Assembly: GCA_965116875.1 (NCBI GenBank)
Contig: OZ220733.1
Location: 1,792,001 to 1,856,000 of the forward strand
DNA from: Candidatus Latescibacterota bacterium
Lineage (GTDB): Bacteria; Latescibacterota; UBA2968; GCA-2709665
Reading direction: 5' to 3'
Length of the DNA: 64,000 bases
In this document: in pieces, positions 28,434 through 41,336 of the stretch
Layout: every line of letters begins with the position of its first letter
How positions within the stretch are numbered: position 1 is the first letter of the stretch
Position numbers and translations under genes: made by a program
Notes under the pieces: generated by a model
Seen by the model: only the letters and a program-made list of their open reading frames with translations
The model's database searches: none
What the model was told of the DNA's origin: nothing

Positions 28434-28660
28434 AAAACCTCCAGCCAGGGGGAATTCCCGAGAGTTAACCTTGATTCGTCATTTTTCGGGGAAGTTAATT
28501 CGAATATGTGCGAGTTAATAAAGGCGATTCAACTGCTGATTAACAGGATAAACCAGGACACTGTACGTGAAAGGAAAAAATGTCCTTCAGGACGACCATT
28601 GCGGCCCGTTTCGAAAGGTCTCGCCCCCGGTGCCGCGTTGCGGCTTTTGCGGAATTGAGG

Positions 28661-29452
28661 TCAAAGGATCGCGCGCCCGGATGTGCCATCGCCAACTTTG
28701 CGCAGTACGAAATGCACCCGGTCCGAACCTTCGTCAGGCCCGCGGAAACCAAATCCGTCGTAGGTCCCTTCCAGCGAAAACGGTGACTGTTCCAGTGCGG
28801 TCAACACGTCCGACAGCGCATAGATTCGCTGACGATGTTCCTCTTCCACGGACTCGTCCGTCTGTTTGAACCTGATCTTGAATCGATTGAACTGGATCCC
28901 GTTCCTGTAGAAGCTCTCCCTGACGTACGTGAACCCGTCGCCACCGTCCTTATCCGTCAGCCTGCGAAAATATCGCAGGGAGTTCGTTTCAGTACAGACG
29001 TCGAAGACGAACAGGCCGTTCGGCAGCAGAATCCGGTGGACCTCTCTCAGCGCCAGGGCGACGTCCTCGATTGTCATGAGGTAATTCATGCTGTCATACA
29101 GACAGAGCGCCGCTTCCACCGGCGGCAGGCGGGACAGGTCCGTCAGGTTTCTCTGGAAGAATTGGACATTCTGCCGTGCTTTTTCGGTTTTATCTATCGC
29201 CACGTCCAGCATTTCGCGGCAATTGTCCGCTCCGTAAGCCCGGTAGTTCCGCTTCCGAAGTTCCAGCGCCATGCTGCCCGTGCCGCATGCCAGGTCGAAC
29301 ACCCGCGCCGGCGCGACGTTATGTCTGGCGAAGACGGCCTCGATGTAGTCCGCCCATTGCACATAGTCCACGTGCCGCATTACATGATCATAAATCTCGG
29401 CAAGCCGGGTGTAGGGCTGCGCCGTGAGTCTTTCTTTCTTTCGTCCGAACAT
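28661..29452 (-). CDS. Class I SAM-dependent methyltransferase
   Basis: DLACGTG, CLYDSMNY, GLFVFD. Confidence 0.9.
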   Translation of the reverse strand: MFGRKKERLTAQPYTRLAEIYDHVMRHVDYVQWADYIEAVFARHNVAPARVFDLACGTGSMALELRKRNYRAYGADNCREMLDVAIDKTEKARQNVQFFQRNLTDLSRLPPVEAALCLYDSMNYLMTIEDVALALREVHRILLPNGLFVFDVCTETNSLRYFRRLTDKDGGDGFTYVRESFYRNGIQFNRFKIRFKQTDESVEEEHRQRIYALSDVLTALEQSPFSLEGTYDGFGFRGPDEGSDRVHFVLRKVGDGTSGRAIL

Positions 29453-29524
29453 AAATCCAATATAAACAGGTCAAAGCGAAAGGGCAAACAACACGCCCAC
29501 GCTCTTTCGATTCGGGGTGCGCGC

Positions 29525-29549
29525 AAAAAAAAGCCCCGCCCCGCAGGGC
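29525..29549 (-). terminator. Intrinsic terminator after the S4-domain gene
   Basis: Minus strand GCCCTGC-GGG-GCGGGGC followed by T8. Confidence 0.6.
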
Positions 29550-29586
29550 CGGACACGACGCCTTGACGTCCTCGCAATGGGTGTCT

Positions 29587-29859
29587 TCAGAAATCCGTGA
29601 CTTCGCGTACTTCGTCCCGAAGCACTTCGTAATAGGTCCTCGCCTCCGTCCTGGAGACGTTCCCGGCGGGAAGCTTGAGAACTTCCAGCTCCAGGTATCG
29701 ATCCAGAAAGGATATGCTCACCCGCCTGCCCGGCACGACGGCCTGACCCGGCTTCGCGCGCCGCCCGTCCAGCATGACGATCCCGTTCTCGCAGGCGCGT
29801 TTTGCTTCGGAACGCCGCCGTGTCAAACAACATCGCTTGAGGTACAAATCGAGCCGCAT
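29587..29859 (-). CDS. S4-domain RNA-binding protein (RqcP/YabO/Hsp15-like)
   Basis: MRLDLYLK...RRRSEAKRACENG...AKPG. Confidence 0.88.
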   Translation of the reverse strand: MRLDLYLKRCCLTRRRSEAKRACENGIVMLDGRRAKPGQAVVPGRRVSISFLDRYLELEVLKLPAGNVSRTEARTYYEVLRDEVREVTDF

Positions 29860-29913
29860 ATCGAACAAAACGCGTTGTCGTTGGGGAGCACTGCGCCGCC
29901 GCACACGGCGGCC

Positions 29914-31215
29914 TCACTCCCGCGGTCCGCTTCCATAGCCCAGATCGTACGGTCGAACTTCCACGTACAGGCGCTCCCGCGTCTCCGAAAGCACCTCTTC
30001 AAACCGTTCCTGCAGGCGGACCTGTTGTATGATTTCCTTCACGGCGTCCTGGTCGTCGTTCACTTTTACGACATGCCATCCGTACTCCGTCTGTATCGGC
30101 GCGCTTATTTCGCCCATGCGCATGGTTTTCAGGACGTCCGCGAATTCGGATGGGAGGTTTTTCTGCGTGAACGGGCCGGGAAGCCTTCCGCCCTTCCTGG
30201 CGGTCTCCTCGTGCGCGGAATGTTCTCGAGCCAGTTCCGCGAAATCCTCTCCCGCCTGGGCCTTTTTTGCAAGATCCAACGCTTTGTCGTAGGCCGTCTT
30301 CACGTCCCTCGTCGAAGGCTGCAGCGGAATGAGAATGTGCCGCGCCCGTACCTGGTCCCCGGACACTGCTTCCACCTTGATGACGTGGTAGCCGAACTTC
30401 GTTCTGACCGGCGCGCTGATCTCCCCGGGCCGCAGCGCGAAGGCCGCCTCCTCAAACGCCGGGACCATGCGCCCGCGCGGAAAATAACCCAGGTCGCCGC
30501 CGTCCTCCCGGCTTCCCGCGTCGCTGGAAACCTGCTGCGCCAGGGTCGCAAAGTCTTCACCGTTCTTCAGGCGGGCAATGACCGCGTCCGCCTGTGCCCT
30601 GACTTCCGCCGCACGGTCGTCGGACGCTTCGATTGCCACCAGGAGATGACTGATACTCAACAATGGCGGAAGTTCGTTCTTGTAGCGCGCCTTATAGTCC
30701 TGAACGTCCTTGAACGAGACTTCGACCTGCTGGTTCAGGCGTGTGTACATCCGCTGTCTCAGGAAATCCTTCCGAAACTCCTGCCTGTACTGGTCGCGCA
30801 GGTCCCGTTCCGTCACGCCACCTTCGGAAAGCTGGCTGGCAAATTCCTCTTCGCCATGTTCCGCCTTGAGTTCCCGGACGCGCGAACGGACCGCGCGTTC
30901 GATGACCTCCTCGTCCACCTCGATGCTGTCCTGTTCCGCCCTGGCCAGCAGGAGCTTTTCCTGGATCATGTTCCCGAGTATAACCTCGAACAACTCACTG
31001 ACCCTGTCCGGCGTGAGGTCCTCCCGGCTCAGCCCCCGCTGCATGGCAACCAGCGCCATGCTGGACATCACGTCTGAACGCAATACGATCTGATCGTCCA
31101 CCACCGCGACGATCTGATCCAGAAGCTGCGGTTCTGCCGCGGCGTTGGCCGTGCATATCAACGCAGCAGCAGCGGCCAAAGCAATCCAGGCGCCTCCTGG
31201 AACGCTATTTGTCAT
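29914..31215 (-). CDS. surA: SurA-like parvulin peptidylprolyl isomerase
   Basis: Signal peptide, [10 protein letters not shown], two rotamase domains (GGDLGYF, TKFGYH; TEYGWH). Confidence 0.88.
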   Translation of the reverse strand: MTNSVPGGAWIALAAAAALICTANAAAEPQLLDQIVAVVDDQIVLRSDVMSSMALVAMQRGLSREDLTPDRVSELFEVILGNMIQEKLLLARAEQDSIEVDEEVIERAVRSRVRELKAEHGEEEFASQLSEGGVTERDLRDQYRQEFRKDFLRQRMYTRLNQQVEVSFKDVQDYKARYKNELPPLLSISHLLVAIEASDDRAAEVRAQADAVIARLKNGEDFATLAQQVSSDAGSREDGGDLGYFPRGRMVPAFEEAAFALRPGEISAPVRTKFGYHVIKVEAVSGDQVRARHILIPLQPSTRDVKTAYDKALDLAKKAQAGEDFAELAREHSAHEETARKGGRLPGPFTQKNLPSEFADVLKTMRMGEISAPIQTEYGWHVVKVNDDQDAVKEIIQQVRLQERFEEVLSETRERLYVEVRPYDLGYGSGPRE

Positions 31216-31360
31216 CGTGTTCCGTCTCCGAATGCGAAGCACGTCCCCACCGCCTCAGCGGGGCGATAGTGCATAGGACACACAGCTTGTATTTGTGACT
31301 ACCGGGGCGTCGTCCGGTTCCGAATGTTCTGTCCACGTATCCAGCCGGGAATATATCCGA

Positions 31361-34300
31361 TCAGACGAGGCTCTGCAACACCTTTTTGGCATTTGCAAGA
31401 CGTTCCCTGGGGCCGTCGCCCTCGAGTTCCGCCTCGATCAGCACCTGTTCCCCCAGGGAAAACTGGAGCGGGACCGGCGCAGCCGCTATCCAGGCTTCCA
31501 CCTGCTTCCTCGTCAGCATTCTGCCGCCGGGAAATACAACCGCCAGCGTGCGTCCGGTACGTACCGTGTGGGCGCGCAGCTGCCTCGCCAGTATCCGCAC
31601 GGATACGGTATCCAGAAGCGCCGCGGCGGGGTCGGGCAACGGACCGAATCGATCCTCTATTTCCTCCTCGAGCGCCAGAACCTCAACCGTCTGCCGGCAG
31701 TCGCCGAGGCGCTGGTAGAACTGCATCTTCAGATCTTCATCCGAAATATAGGTTTCGGGAATATAGGCCGATACGGCCACCTGTACATCCGGCTCCGCGG
31801 CGGGCACGGTTTCGTCGCCATGAATCTGGGCGATCGCCTCATCCAGCAGACGGCAATAGAGTTCGAAACCGACGGCCGTAATATGCCCGTGTTGTTGTGC
31901 GCCCAGTAGATTGCCCGTTCCCCGGATCTCCATGTCCCGCATTGAAATATTGAACCCGGAGCCAAGATCCGCGAATTCCTCGATGGCGCGCAGGCGCCGA
32001 ACGGCCGGCTTTTTCAGCGACTTCCACGAAGGTATCAGGAGATACGCAAACGCCTGCCGCGCGGACCGGCCCACGCGGCCGCGAAGCTGGTAGAGCTGCG
32101 CCAGCCCCATACGGTCCGCCCGGTTCACAATCAGCGTATTCACACTGGGGATATCCAGGCCCGACTCGATAATCATCGTGGAAATCAGGCAGTCGTACCT
32201 GGCGTCCAGAAAATCCATCATCACCTTTTCGAGTTGTCTCTCCGGCATCTGACCGTGGGCCACTCCGAACCGCACCTGTGGGACGAGCTGCTCGAGGAAA
32301 TTCACCATGGCCGGCATCGACTGCACCCTGTTGTGGACAAAATACACCTGTCCCCCGCGGTCAACCTCCCGCAGAATCGCCTCCGCGACCCTCTCTTCGT
32401 CAAACGGCAGGACTTCGGTCGTAATCGGCAGCCGGTCTCTCGGGGGCGTTCGGATGATGGACATATCCCGGGCGCCCATCAGCGACATGTGCAGCGTCCT
32501 GGGAATGGGCGTCGCCGTCAGCGTGAGTACGTCCACTTGCCGCCGAACCTGCTTGAGCCGCTCCTTGTGACGCACGCCGAACCGGTGTTCTTCATCGATC
32601 ACGAGCAATCCCAGGTCCCGAAACCGGACGTCCTGCGACAACATGCGGTGGGTTCCGACGGCAACGTCCACGCGCCCGGCGGCGAGGCCGTCCAGCGCCG
32701 TCCGCAACTCACGGGGCGTGCGAAACCGGCTCAACACGTCGACCGTGACCGGAAGACCGTCCAAACGCTCAGAAAACGTGCGATAGTGCTGCTGCGCGAG
32801 AATGGTGGTCGGCGCCAGAACCGCAACCTGCTTTCCTTCGGCCACCGCCTTGAACGCTGCTCTTACCGCCACTTCGGTTTTTCCGTACCCAACGTCGCCG
32901 CACACCAGACGATCCATCGGCGCCGACTGCTCCATATCCTCCTTTACTTCCCGAATGGTCTGAAGTTGATCCCGCGTCTCCTGGAACGGAAACGAAGCTT
33001 CAAGAGCTTTCTGGAGCGCTGAGTCATTCGAAAATTCGATTCCGGGCGTTGCTTTTCGCTCCGCGTACAGAGACAGCAACTCGCCCGCCATCTTGAAGAC
33101 TTCCTTTCTGGTCTTTTCCTTTATGCGTTCCCAGGCTGCCGTACCCAGCTTGCTCAGCGCCGGGACAATTCCGTCCTGTCCCGCGTATTTTTGCACACGG
33201 TCCATCTGGTCCACCGGGACGAACACCCGGTCTCCGCCTCTATAATACATCGTCAGACAGTCCTGCCGGACCCCGTCGACCGTGAGATGTTCGATACCTT
33301 CGTAGCGGCCGATTCCATGGTCCACGTGTACGACGAAATCGCCGGCCCGGAGGCTTGAAATGCTGCGGATCGGCGTGGCGTCCTTGAATCGCCGGTAACG
33401 GCGACGCCTGCGGGTGAGGGGATAAATCTCGTGATCGTTCAGCACGGCCACCCGCGCCGTCGGGGACGTATAGGTAAAGCCGCTGTGCAGGGTGCCCACG
33501 CGAATCGTAATGAGGCGCTCCTCTTCTTCGAGCAGTTCTTCGAACCGCGCTTTCTGGCCCTGGCTCTCGCACAACAGAACCACCTCGTAATCCGCCTGCC
33601 AGTGTCTCCTCAAGTCCTCCTTCAGTGATTCCAGATGTCCCTCATATCGCCTGCCGCCGATGCCGGAGAAGTGGACGCCGTCCTCCGACGGCCCGCCCAG
33701 CGGCCAGTTCAGGACGCGGCGCATACCGGACAGCCGTTTCAGGGTCGCATCCGGATGACGGGCGACGGAACATGCCGGAAGGGGCTCCGGCTCTCCGCGA
33801 CGCTTCTTCTGGCGCCGTGCCGCCACCTCCACCCGCGCCCAGGCGTCAGCCGCAGCCGTTTCCACGGCCGGTGGGTCGTCCACAACGACGTAACCTTCCT
33901 GAACGTGGTCCAGCAGGCCGGTGTTGTCCCTGTACAATACGCCCAGGTAATGCTCGAGCCCGTCGAATGCGCCCTGACTCTCCATGAATTCTCGCAGCCC
34001 TTCAAGATCCATCCCAAGCTGCCGTTCCGCTTCGGCCAGGTGCGTCGCAAACACGTCCGACAACGTCTCCGCCAGGACCGCCTCACGGCACGGCAGCACC
34101 CGCACGTTTTCGCGTCCGGCCACAGACCGCTGCGTACCCAGATCGAATGCTCGAATCGATTCCACTTCGTCGCCGAAAAACTCGATGCGGACCGGGTGCG
34201 TGCTGCCAAACGAGCAGACATCCAGAATTCCGCCCCTCACGCTGAACTGTCCCACCCCGCCGACCAGGGTCACGCGCTCGTAACCGATATCCACCAGATG

Positions 34301-34771
34301 TTCCGCCAGTCCATCGGGCGCGACCTCGTCCCCGACCTGAATTTCCTGAACTGCCAGATCAAAAAGGTCTGGCGGCAGGGTATGGCTCATCAGGGCCTCC
34401 ACCGGCGCAACCACAACCCCGTCACCCACGCCCCGCAACTGGTCCAGCGCCTCAAGCCGAAGCCCCATCACGTCGAGATGAGGCGACCGGTGGTCGTAAG
34501 GAGAACCGCCCCAGGCCGGAAAGATGCCCACGCGCGCCGAACCCAGCACGCGTTCGAGATCGTCTCGAACTTCCTCCGCCCGGTCCTCCGAAGCACACAC
34601 CACCAATACCGGTCCCGTCGTCGTCTCCTCAATACAGGCGATGCCGAACGCAGCCAGCGAACCGGGCAGCCCGCGCACGGGGATTTCCGGGGTTCGCGCG
34701 GATACCAGACGCGCCAGTTCCTCGAACGGCCGGGACTTCACCATCCTGTCATATATCTGCCTGATCGACAT
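31361..34771 (-). CDS. mfd: Transcription-repair coupling factor
   Basis: VVHVDHGIG, GDVGYGKT, DEEHRFG, TATPIPRT, QLRGRVGRS, and a TRCF C-terminus. Confidence 0.98.
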   Translation of the reverse strand: MSIRQIYDRMVKSRPFEELARLVSARTPEIPVRGLPGSLAAFGIACIEETTTGPVLVVCASEDRAEEVRDDLERVLGSARVGIFPAWGGSPYDHRSPHLDVMGLRLEALDQLRGVGDGVVVAPVEALMSHTLPPDLFDLAVQEIQVGDEVAPDGLAEHLVDIGYERVTLVGGVGQFSVRGGILDVCSFGSTHPVRIEFFGDEVESIRAFDLGTQRSVAGRENVRVLPCREAVLAETLSDVFATHLAEAERQLGMDLEGLREFMESQGAFDGLEHYLGVLYRDNTGLLDHVQEGYVVVDDPPAVETAAADAWARVEVAARRQKKRRGEPEPLPACSVARHPDATLKRLSGMRRVLNWPLGGPSEDGVHFSGIGGRRYEGHLESLKEDLRRHWQADYEVVLLCESQGQKARFEELLEEEERLITIRVGTLHSGFTYTSPTARVAVLNDHEIYPLTRRRRRYRRFKDATPIRSISSLRAGDFVVHVDHGIGRYEGIEHLTVDGVRQDCLTMYYRGGDRVFVPVDQMDRVQKYAGQDGIVPALSKLGTAAWERIKEKTRKEVFKMAGELLSLYAERKATPGIEFSNDSALQKALEASFPFQETRDQLQTIREVKEDMEQSAPMDRLVCGDVGYGKTEVAVRAAFKAVAEGKQVAVLAPTTILAQQHYRTFSERLDGLPVTVDVLSRFRTPRELRTALDGLAAGRVDVAVGTHRMLSQDVRFRDLGLLVIDEEHRFGVRHKERLKQVRRQVDVLTLTATPIPRTLHMSLMGARDMSIIRTPPRDRLPITTEVLPFDEERVAEAILREVDRGGQVYFVHNRVQSMPAMVNFLEQLVPQVRFGVAHGQMPERQLEKVMMDFLDARYDCLISTMIIESGLDIPSVNTLIVNRADRMGLAQLYQLRGRVGRSARQAFAYLLIPSWKSLKKPAVRRLRAIEEFADLGSGFNISMRDMEIRGTGNLLGAQQHGHITAVGFELYCRLLDEAIAQIHGDETVPAAEPDVQVAVSAYIPETYISDEDLKMQFYQRLGDCRQTVEVLALEEEIEDRFGPLPDPAAALLDTVSVRILARQLRAHTVRTGRTLAVVFPGGRMLTRKQVEAWIAAAPVPLQFSLGEQVLIEAELEGDGPRERLANAKKVLQSLV

Positions 34772-34876
34772 GAAAGCTCCTGAGCACCCCGCTGTCCGTA
34801 ACGTTTCCGTACGTAATGACGCCGGCGGCGAATGACGGAAACCACAGGCCGGATCACCGCGACCAACCCCAACGCC

Positions 34877-34905
34877 AAAAGGCCCGACCCTGCGTTGAGT
34901 CGGGC
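34877..34905 (-). terminator. Probable terminator downstream of tRNA-Asp
   Basis: Minus strand GCCCGACTC-AACGCA-GGGTCGGGC-CTTTT. Confidence 0.5.
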
Positions 34906-34944
34906 ATTCTCAGTACACACACAAAAAACCACCCTTCCCGATGA

Positions 34945-35028
34945 GACGCTGTATTTAAATTCCCGGTGAGTTCCCGACCGACGCTTTTGCAGCCGCGCGA
35001 AGACCGCTGGGAATTTTAAAACAGCTTC
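34945..35028 (+). mobile_element. MITE family A, internally deleted 84-bp copy with TGA target duplication
   Basis: TGA-GACGCTGTATTTAAATT...AATTTTAAAACAGCTTC-TGA. Confidence 0.82.
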
Positions 35029-35113
35029 TGAAAGGAAGTGGTGGGAGTCCGCAATTCCGCGAAACTTCGGGACGCGGCCTGACCGGTCTTCAGAGACCTC
35101 AGTGACCAATAAA

Positions 35114-35192
35114 TGGCGGGGTAGACGGGACTCGAACCCGCGACCTCAGGCTTGACAGGCCTGCACTCTCACCAATGCTGAGCTACTACCCC
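35114..35192 (-). tRNA. tRNA-Asp (GTC)
   Basis: Cloverleaf with GGGGTAG/CTACCCC acceptor stem, CAGGC-CTGTCAA-GCCTG anticodon arm, TTCGAGT T-loop and encoded CCA. Confidence 0.96.
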
Positions 35193-35240
35193 GCATCGTT
35201 GGAACAAACGCCCGGATCTCCCGCATTTTGGGCGGGCGTA

Positions 35241-35269
35241 AAGATAACACAGCCCCCGGATGCTGTCAA
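35241..35269 (-). promoter_or_regulatory. sigma70 promoter of tRNA-Asp
   Basis: TTGACA-17 bp-TATCTT with a TG extension. Confidence 0.8.
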
Positions 35270-35451
35270 GCCTTTTCAGGCAAATGCCGCGCGGCCGCGC
35301 GCTTCGTCGGGTGTCCCTCCTTGCCTCAAACTGCCCTTTGTCTTATATTGATCCGATGTCTCAATTTCGTCCTTGTGTCAGGCTCGATTTCGCGGCGGAA
35401 ACGAGCTTCGGACACAAGGGTCAACACATGATCAGGAGCATGGATTCCACC

Positions 35452-36759
35452 ATGGCCAACAACAGTCCCATCGGTATCGGTCTCATCGGCATGGGCGTCG
35501 TGGGCGCCGGCGTCGTTCGCATTCTCAAACAGCGAGCAGACTATTTCCGCTCAATTCGCGGCGTGGCGTTCGACCTGAGGCGGATCGCCGTGAAAGACAT
35601 CTCCAAATCGCGCGAAAGTGACCTGCCCGACGATATCCTCACCGCCAGCGCCGGCGAGGTTGTTGACGATCCCGATATCCAGATCGTTGTGGAAGTGATG
35701 GGAGGCCTCGACCCGGCCGGGAAACTCTGCCTGAAAGCGCTGGAAAACGGCAAAGACCTGGCCACCGCCAACAAGGCCCTGCTCGCGGAACACGGCAACG
35801 ACCTGTTCAGCGCGGCCGCGCGCAGCGGCGCAAACATCGGCTATGAGGCAAGCGTATGCGGCGGCATACCCATCATCCGATCACTGACGGATGGCCTGGC
35901 CGCGAACCGGATTCAGTCCATCTACGGAATCCTCAACGGTACCACCAACTACATCCTTACCAGGATGGCGGATGACGGAGGTGACTTTCATGCGATGCTC
36001 CGCAAGGCCCAGGAAAAGGGGTTTGCCGAAGCGGATCCTGCAATGGATATCGACGGCACGGACGTCGCCCAGAAACTCGCCCTTCTGTGCCGCATCGCCT
36101 TCCGAGTCAGCCTGGATCCCTCGCGAATTCTAAAAGAGGGGATCTCACACGTTTCTCCACTTGATGTAGACTTCGCCAGGGAACTTGGATATACCATCAA
36201 GCTACTGGCCATTGCGAAAGCGATTCACGACCGGATCGAAGCACGCGTCCACCCCGTCCTGGTGCCTTCCGACGCGCTGCTGGCAAATATCAAGGATGAA
36301 TTCAACGCCGTGGAGATCGTGGGGAATGCTGCCGGGCCTCAGGTATTCTACGGCCGGGGCGCGGGGCAGATGCCCACGGCCAGCGCCGTGGTATCCGATC
36401 TGCTCGACCTCGCCGAACGCCGTCTGAGCGGCCGGTCCGCTGGCCGTCCGGCTCTCGCCGATCTGCCCCAGGCAGAAGCAATTCCGCCCGAAGAGGTCGA
36501 AACCAGTTTCTACTGCCGGTTTACCGTGTACGATCAACCCGGCGTACTCGCACGGATCGCGCGCATCTTTTCGGAGCAGAAAATCAGCATCGCGACCGTA
36601 ATCCAGCACGGCCGGTCCGAAACCGAGCAGGGGACCGTGCCGCTTATCATGACCACGCACGAGGCTCGGGAAGCCAGCATGCGTATGGCGGTTCAGCGGA
36701 TCGACCGGCTTTCCATAATCACCGAACCTTCGCAGATCCTTCGCATCGAAGCGCTGTAG
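35452..36759 (+). CDS. hom: Homoserine dehydrogenase with C-terminal ACT domain
   Basis: GMGVVG, TANKA, EASVCGGIP, NGTTNYIL, GFAEADP, GAGQMPTASAV, DQPGVL. Confidence 0.96.
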   Translation: MANNSPIGIGLIGMGVVGAGVVRILKQRADYFRSIRGVAFDLRRIAVKDISKSRESDLPDDILTASAGEVVDDPDIQIVVEVMGGLDPAGKLCLKALENGKDLATANKALLAEHGNDLFSAAARSGANIGYEASVCGGIPIIRSLTDGLAANRIQSIYGILNGTTNYILTRMADDGGDFHAMLRKAQEKGFAEADPAMDIDGTDVAQKLALLCRIAFRVSLDPSRILKEGISHVSPLDVDFARELGYTIKLLAIAKAIHDRIEARVHPVLVPSDALLANIKDEFNAVEIVGNAAGPQVFYGRGAGQMPTASAVVSDLLDLAERRLSGRSAGRPALADLPQAEAIPPEEVETSFYCRFTVYDQPGVLARIARIFSEQKISIATVIQHGRSETEQGTVPLIMTTHEAREASMRMAVQRIDRLSIITEPSQILRIEAL

Positions 36760-36780
36760 AATGAACCCCTCGGCAGACTG

Positions 36781-39270
36781 CTATTGCACGTCTCCGTTGG
36801 GGCCGATCTCCGGCGGAAGCCCTTCCGAACCATCCCCGTCGTTGTTCTGAGAAATCACGCACGCGACGTCAATCACCTCGTCGTCACCGTCGAGATTGAT
36901 CAGCCGCACGCCTTGCGTATTCCTTCCAATTGAACTGATTTCGTGGATCGGCTGCCGGATCAGGATTCCGTTCAGAGTCACTATCATCAGTTCATCCTCG
37001 TCCTCCACTCCCCTCACCGCCACGACCTTTCCGTTACGATCGGTTGTCCGGATGTTGATCACGCCCTTGCCGCCGCGACGGGTCAGCCGGTAATCCGTTA
37101 CACCCGTCCGCTTGCCGTATCCCTTCGCGGAAACCGTAAGAAGCGTGCTGTCGGCGTCCTGCACGACCACCATACACACCACTTCGTCGCCGTCGTCCAG
37201 GGAAACGCCTCGCACCCCCCGGGCGCCCCGCCCCATATCGCGCACGTCGTGTTCGTGAAACCGTATGGCCTGACCGTTTCGGGTTGCCAGCACGATTTCC
37301 TGTGACCCATTCGTGACTTCGGCTCCGATCAATCGGTCGTCGTCGAGGATGTTCATCGCGATGATTCCGCCGCGCCTGGGCCGGCTGTACGCCGGCAGGA
37401 CCGTCTTTTTGACCAGTCCGTTGCGCGTCACTTTCATCAGATAACGCCCGTCGTCAAACGCTCTGACCGGCACGATTGCGGCCACCTTGTGACCCTCGCC
37501 GATCTCGATCAGGTTGACCACCGGACGCCCGCGGGAAACACGTCCGCCTTCGGGAATCTCGTGTACCTTCAGCCAGTAACAGTGACCCCGATCCGTCAGA
37601 AACAGAATGTAGCTGTGGGTGGAAGCGATGAAGAGGTGTTCCACGAAATCCTCTTCCTTGGTCCGCATCCCCTTCACCCCGCGCCCGCCCCTGCGCTGCT
37701 GCCGGTAGGTGTCCACCGGAATTCGCTTGATATATCCCTGGTGGGAAATGGTGATGACCATATCCTCGTCGGCGATCAGGTCTTCGATGTTGAATTCCGA
37801 AGCGGACAACTCGATTCTGGACCGCCGCTCGTCTCCGTATTTCGCTTCTACTTCCTCCAGTTCGGTCCTTACAAGCCCCATTCGCTCCTGCCTGCTGTCC
37901 AGGATCGACTTGAGCCGTGCGATCTCCCTGACCAGCGCCTCGTATTCCTCCTCGATCTTACGGTGTTCGAGTCCCGTCAACCGCTGTATGGTCATCGTCA
38001 ATACTGCCTGCGCCTGCCTCTCGGACAGGGACAGACGTTCCATCAGGACCGAGCGGGCGGCGTCCGGATCGGCTGCCCCCCGGACAATCCGGATGACTTC
38101 CTCTATTGCATCCAGCGCAATTCTCAGTCCTTCCAGGATGTGCGCGCGGTCCTCCGCCACCTGAAGCTCGTACGTGGTGCGCCGAACGACCACGTCGTGC
38201 CTGTGATCGATGTAGTGCTGCAGCACCTGTTTCAGATTCAACTGCCTTGGCTGCCTGTCCACCAGCGCAATCATGTTGGCGCCGAACGTGTTCTCCAACT
38301 GGGTATGTTTGTACAGCTGGTTCAGGACCACCTCGCTATAAGCATCCTGCTTCAATTCCACCACAACCCGCATCCCCTTGCGGTCGGACTCGTCCCGGAT
38401 ATTCGAAATCCCTTCGACCCGCTTCTCCCGAACCAGGTCGGCCATCTTTTCAAGCAGCGCGGCCTTGGCTACCATATAAGGGATTTCAGTAATCACGATG
38501 TTCTCGCGTCCGTTCTTCAGGGTCTCCACGGCGGCGGTCGCCCGCACCCGTATCAGTCCGCGGCCGGTACGGTAGGCATCCAGCACGCCGCTCATCCCGT
38601 AAATCACGCCGCCGGTTGGAAAGTCCGGACCCTTGATGTATTCCATGAGATCCAGGACTTCCAGGTCGGGATTGTCGATCAGCGCCACCAGTCCGGCGAC
38701 GACTTCGCGGAGGTTGTGCGGTGGAATCGCCGTCGCCATCGTCACGGCGATTCCCACGGCGCCGTTGCAAAGCATATTCGGAAAACGGGACGGCAGGACA
38801 GCGGGTTCTTCGAGCCTTTCGTCGTAATTCGGATTGAAATCCACCGTGTCCTTGTCGAGGTCCTGCAACATCTCGCTGCCCGGGCCGGCCATCCTCGCCT
38901 CGGTATACCGCATGGCCGCCGGAGGATACCCGTCGATCGAGCCGAAATTGCCCTGTCCGTCCACCAGCGGATAGCGAAGCTTGAAGTCCTGCGCCAGGTT
39001 GACCAGCGTGGGGTAGACGATTTCCTCGCCGTGAGGATGGTAATTCCCTGAGGTATGCCCGGCGATGTTGGCGCACTTCCTGTGCTGTCGCGTGGGTCCC
39101 AGGCCCAGGTCGTTCATTGCAATGAGGATGCGCCGCTGCGAGGGCTTGAGTCCGTCACGCACGTCCGGCAACGCACGATTCACCAGCGTGCTCATGGAGT
39201 AGTCCAGCATCGACTTCTTCAATTCGTCGCCGATGTCCATCGGAACGATCCGCTGCCGAGCGCTCATCAT
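36781..39270 (-). CDS. gyrA: DNA gyrase subunit A
   Basis: RALPDVRDGLKP, AAMRYTE, GyrA-box QRRGGRG, beta-pinwheel repeats. Confidence 0.97.
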   Translation of the reverse strand: MMSARQRIVPMDIGDELKKSMLDYSMSTLVNRALPDVRDGLKPSQRRILIAMNDLGLGPTRQHRKCANIAGHTSGNYHPHGEEIVYPTLVNLAQDFKLRYPLVDGQGNFGSIDGYPPAAMRYTEARMAGPGSEMLQDLDKDTVDFNPNYDERLEEPAVLPSRFPNMLCNGAVGIAVTMATAIPPHNLREVVAGLVALIDNPDLEVLDLMEYIKGPDFPTGGVIYGMSGVLDAYRTGRGLIRVRATAAVETLKNGRENIVITEIPYMVAKAALLEKMADLVREKRVEGISNIRDESDRKGMRVVVELKQDAYSEVVLNQLYKHTQLENTFGANMIALVDRQPRQLNLKQVLQHYIDHRHDVVVRRTTYELQVAEDRAHILEGLRIALDAIEEVIRIVRGAADPDAARSVLMERLSLSERQAQAVLTMTIQRLTGLEHRKIEEEYEALVREIARLKSILDSRQERMGLVRTELEEVEAKYGDERRSRIELSASEFNIEDLIADEDMVITISHQGYIKRIPVDTYRQQRRGGRGVKGMRTKEEDFVEHLFIASTHSYILFLTDRGHCYWLKVHEIPEGGRVSRGRPVVNLIEIGEGHKVAAIVPVRAFDDGRYLMKVTRNGLVKKTVLPAYSRPRRGGIIAMNILDDDRLIGAEVTNGSQEIVLATRNGQAIRFHEHDVRDMGRGARGVRGVSLDDGDEVVCMVVVQDADSTLLTVSAKGYGKRTGVTDYRLTRRGGKGVINIRTTDRNGKVVAVRGVEDEDELMIVTLNGILIRQPIHEISSIGRNTQGVRLINLDGDDEVIDVACVISQNNDGDGSEGLPPEIGPNGDVQ

Positions 39271-39341
39271 GCTTCGTGTCTCCCGTATCTGTCAATTCGG
39301 CGCCCGACCCGGCGTGTTTCCGGGACAGGCGCCATACACGT

Positions 39342-41336
<1,995 letters not shown>

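Noticed and set aside
29563-31077. Long opposite-strand ORFs (504 aa here; also 37489-39051, 39276-40643, 58394-60202, 6014-7291)
   Set aside because: Antisense shadows of well-supported genes in GC-rich DNA, with no recognisable motifs.
34772-35192. tRNA-Asp as an integration site of a genomic island
   Set aside because: No integrase and no duplicated tRNA 3' end seen; the flanks are core genes (mfd, hom).
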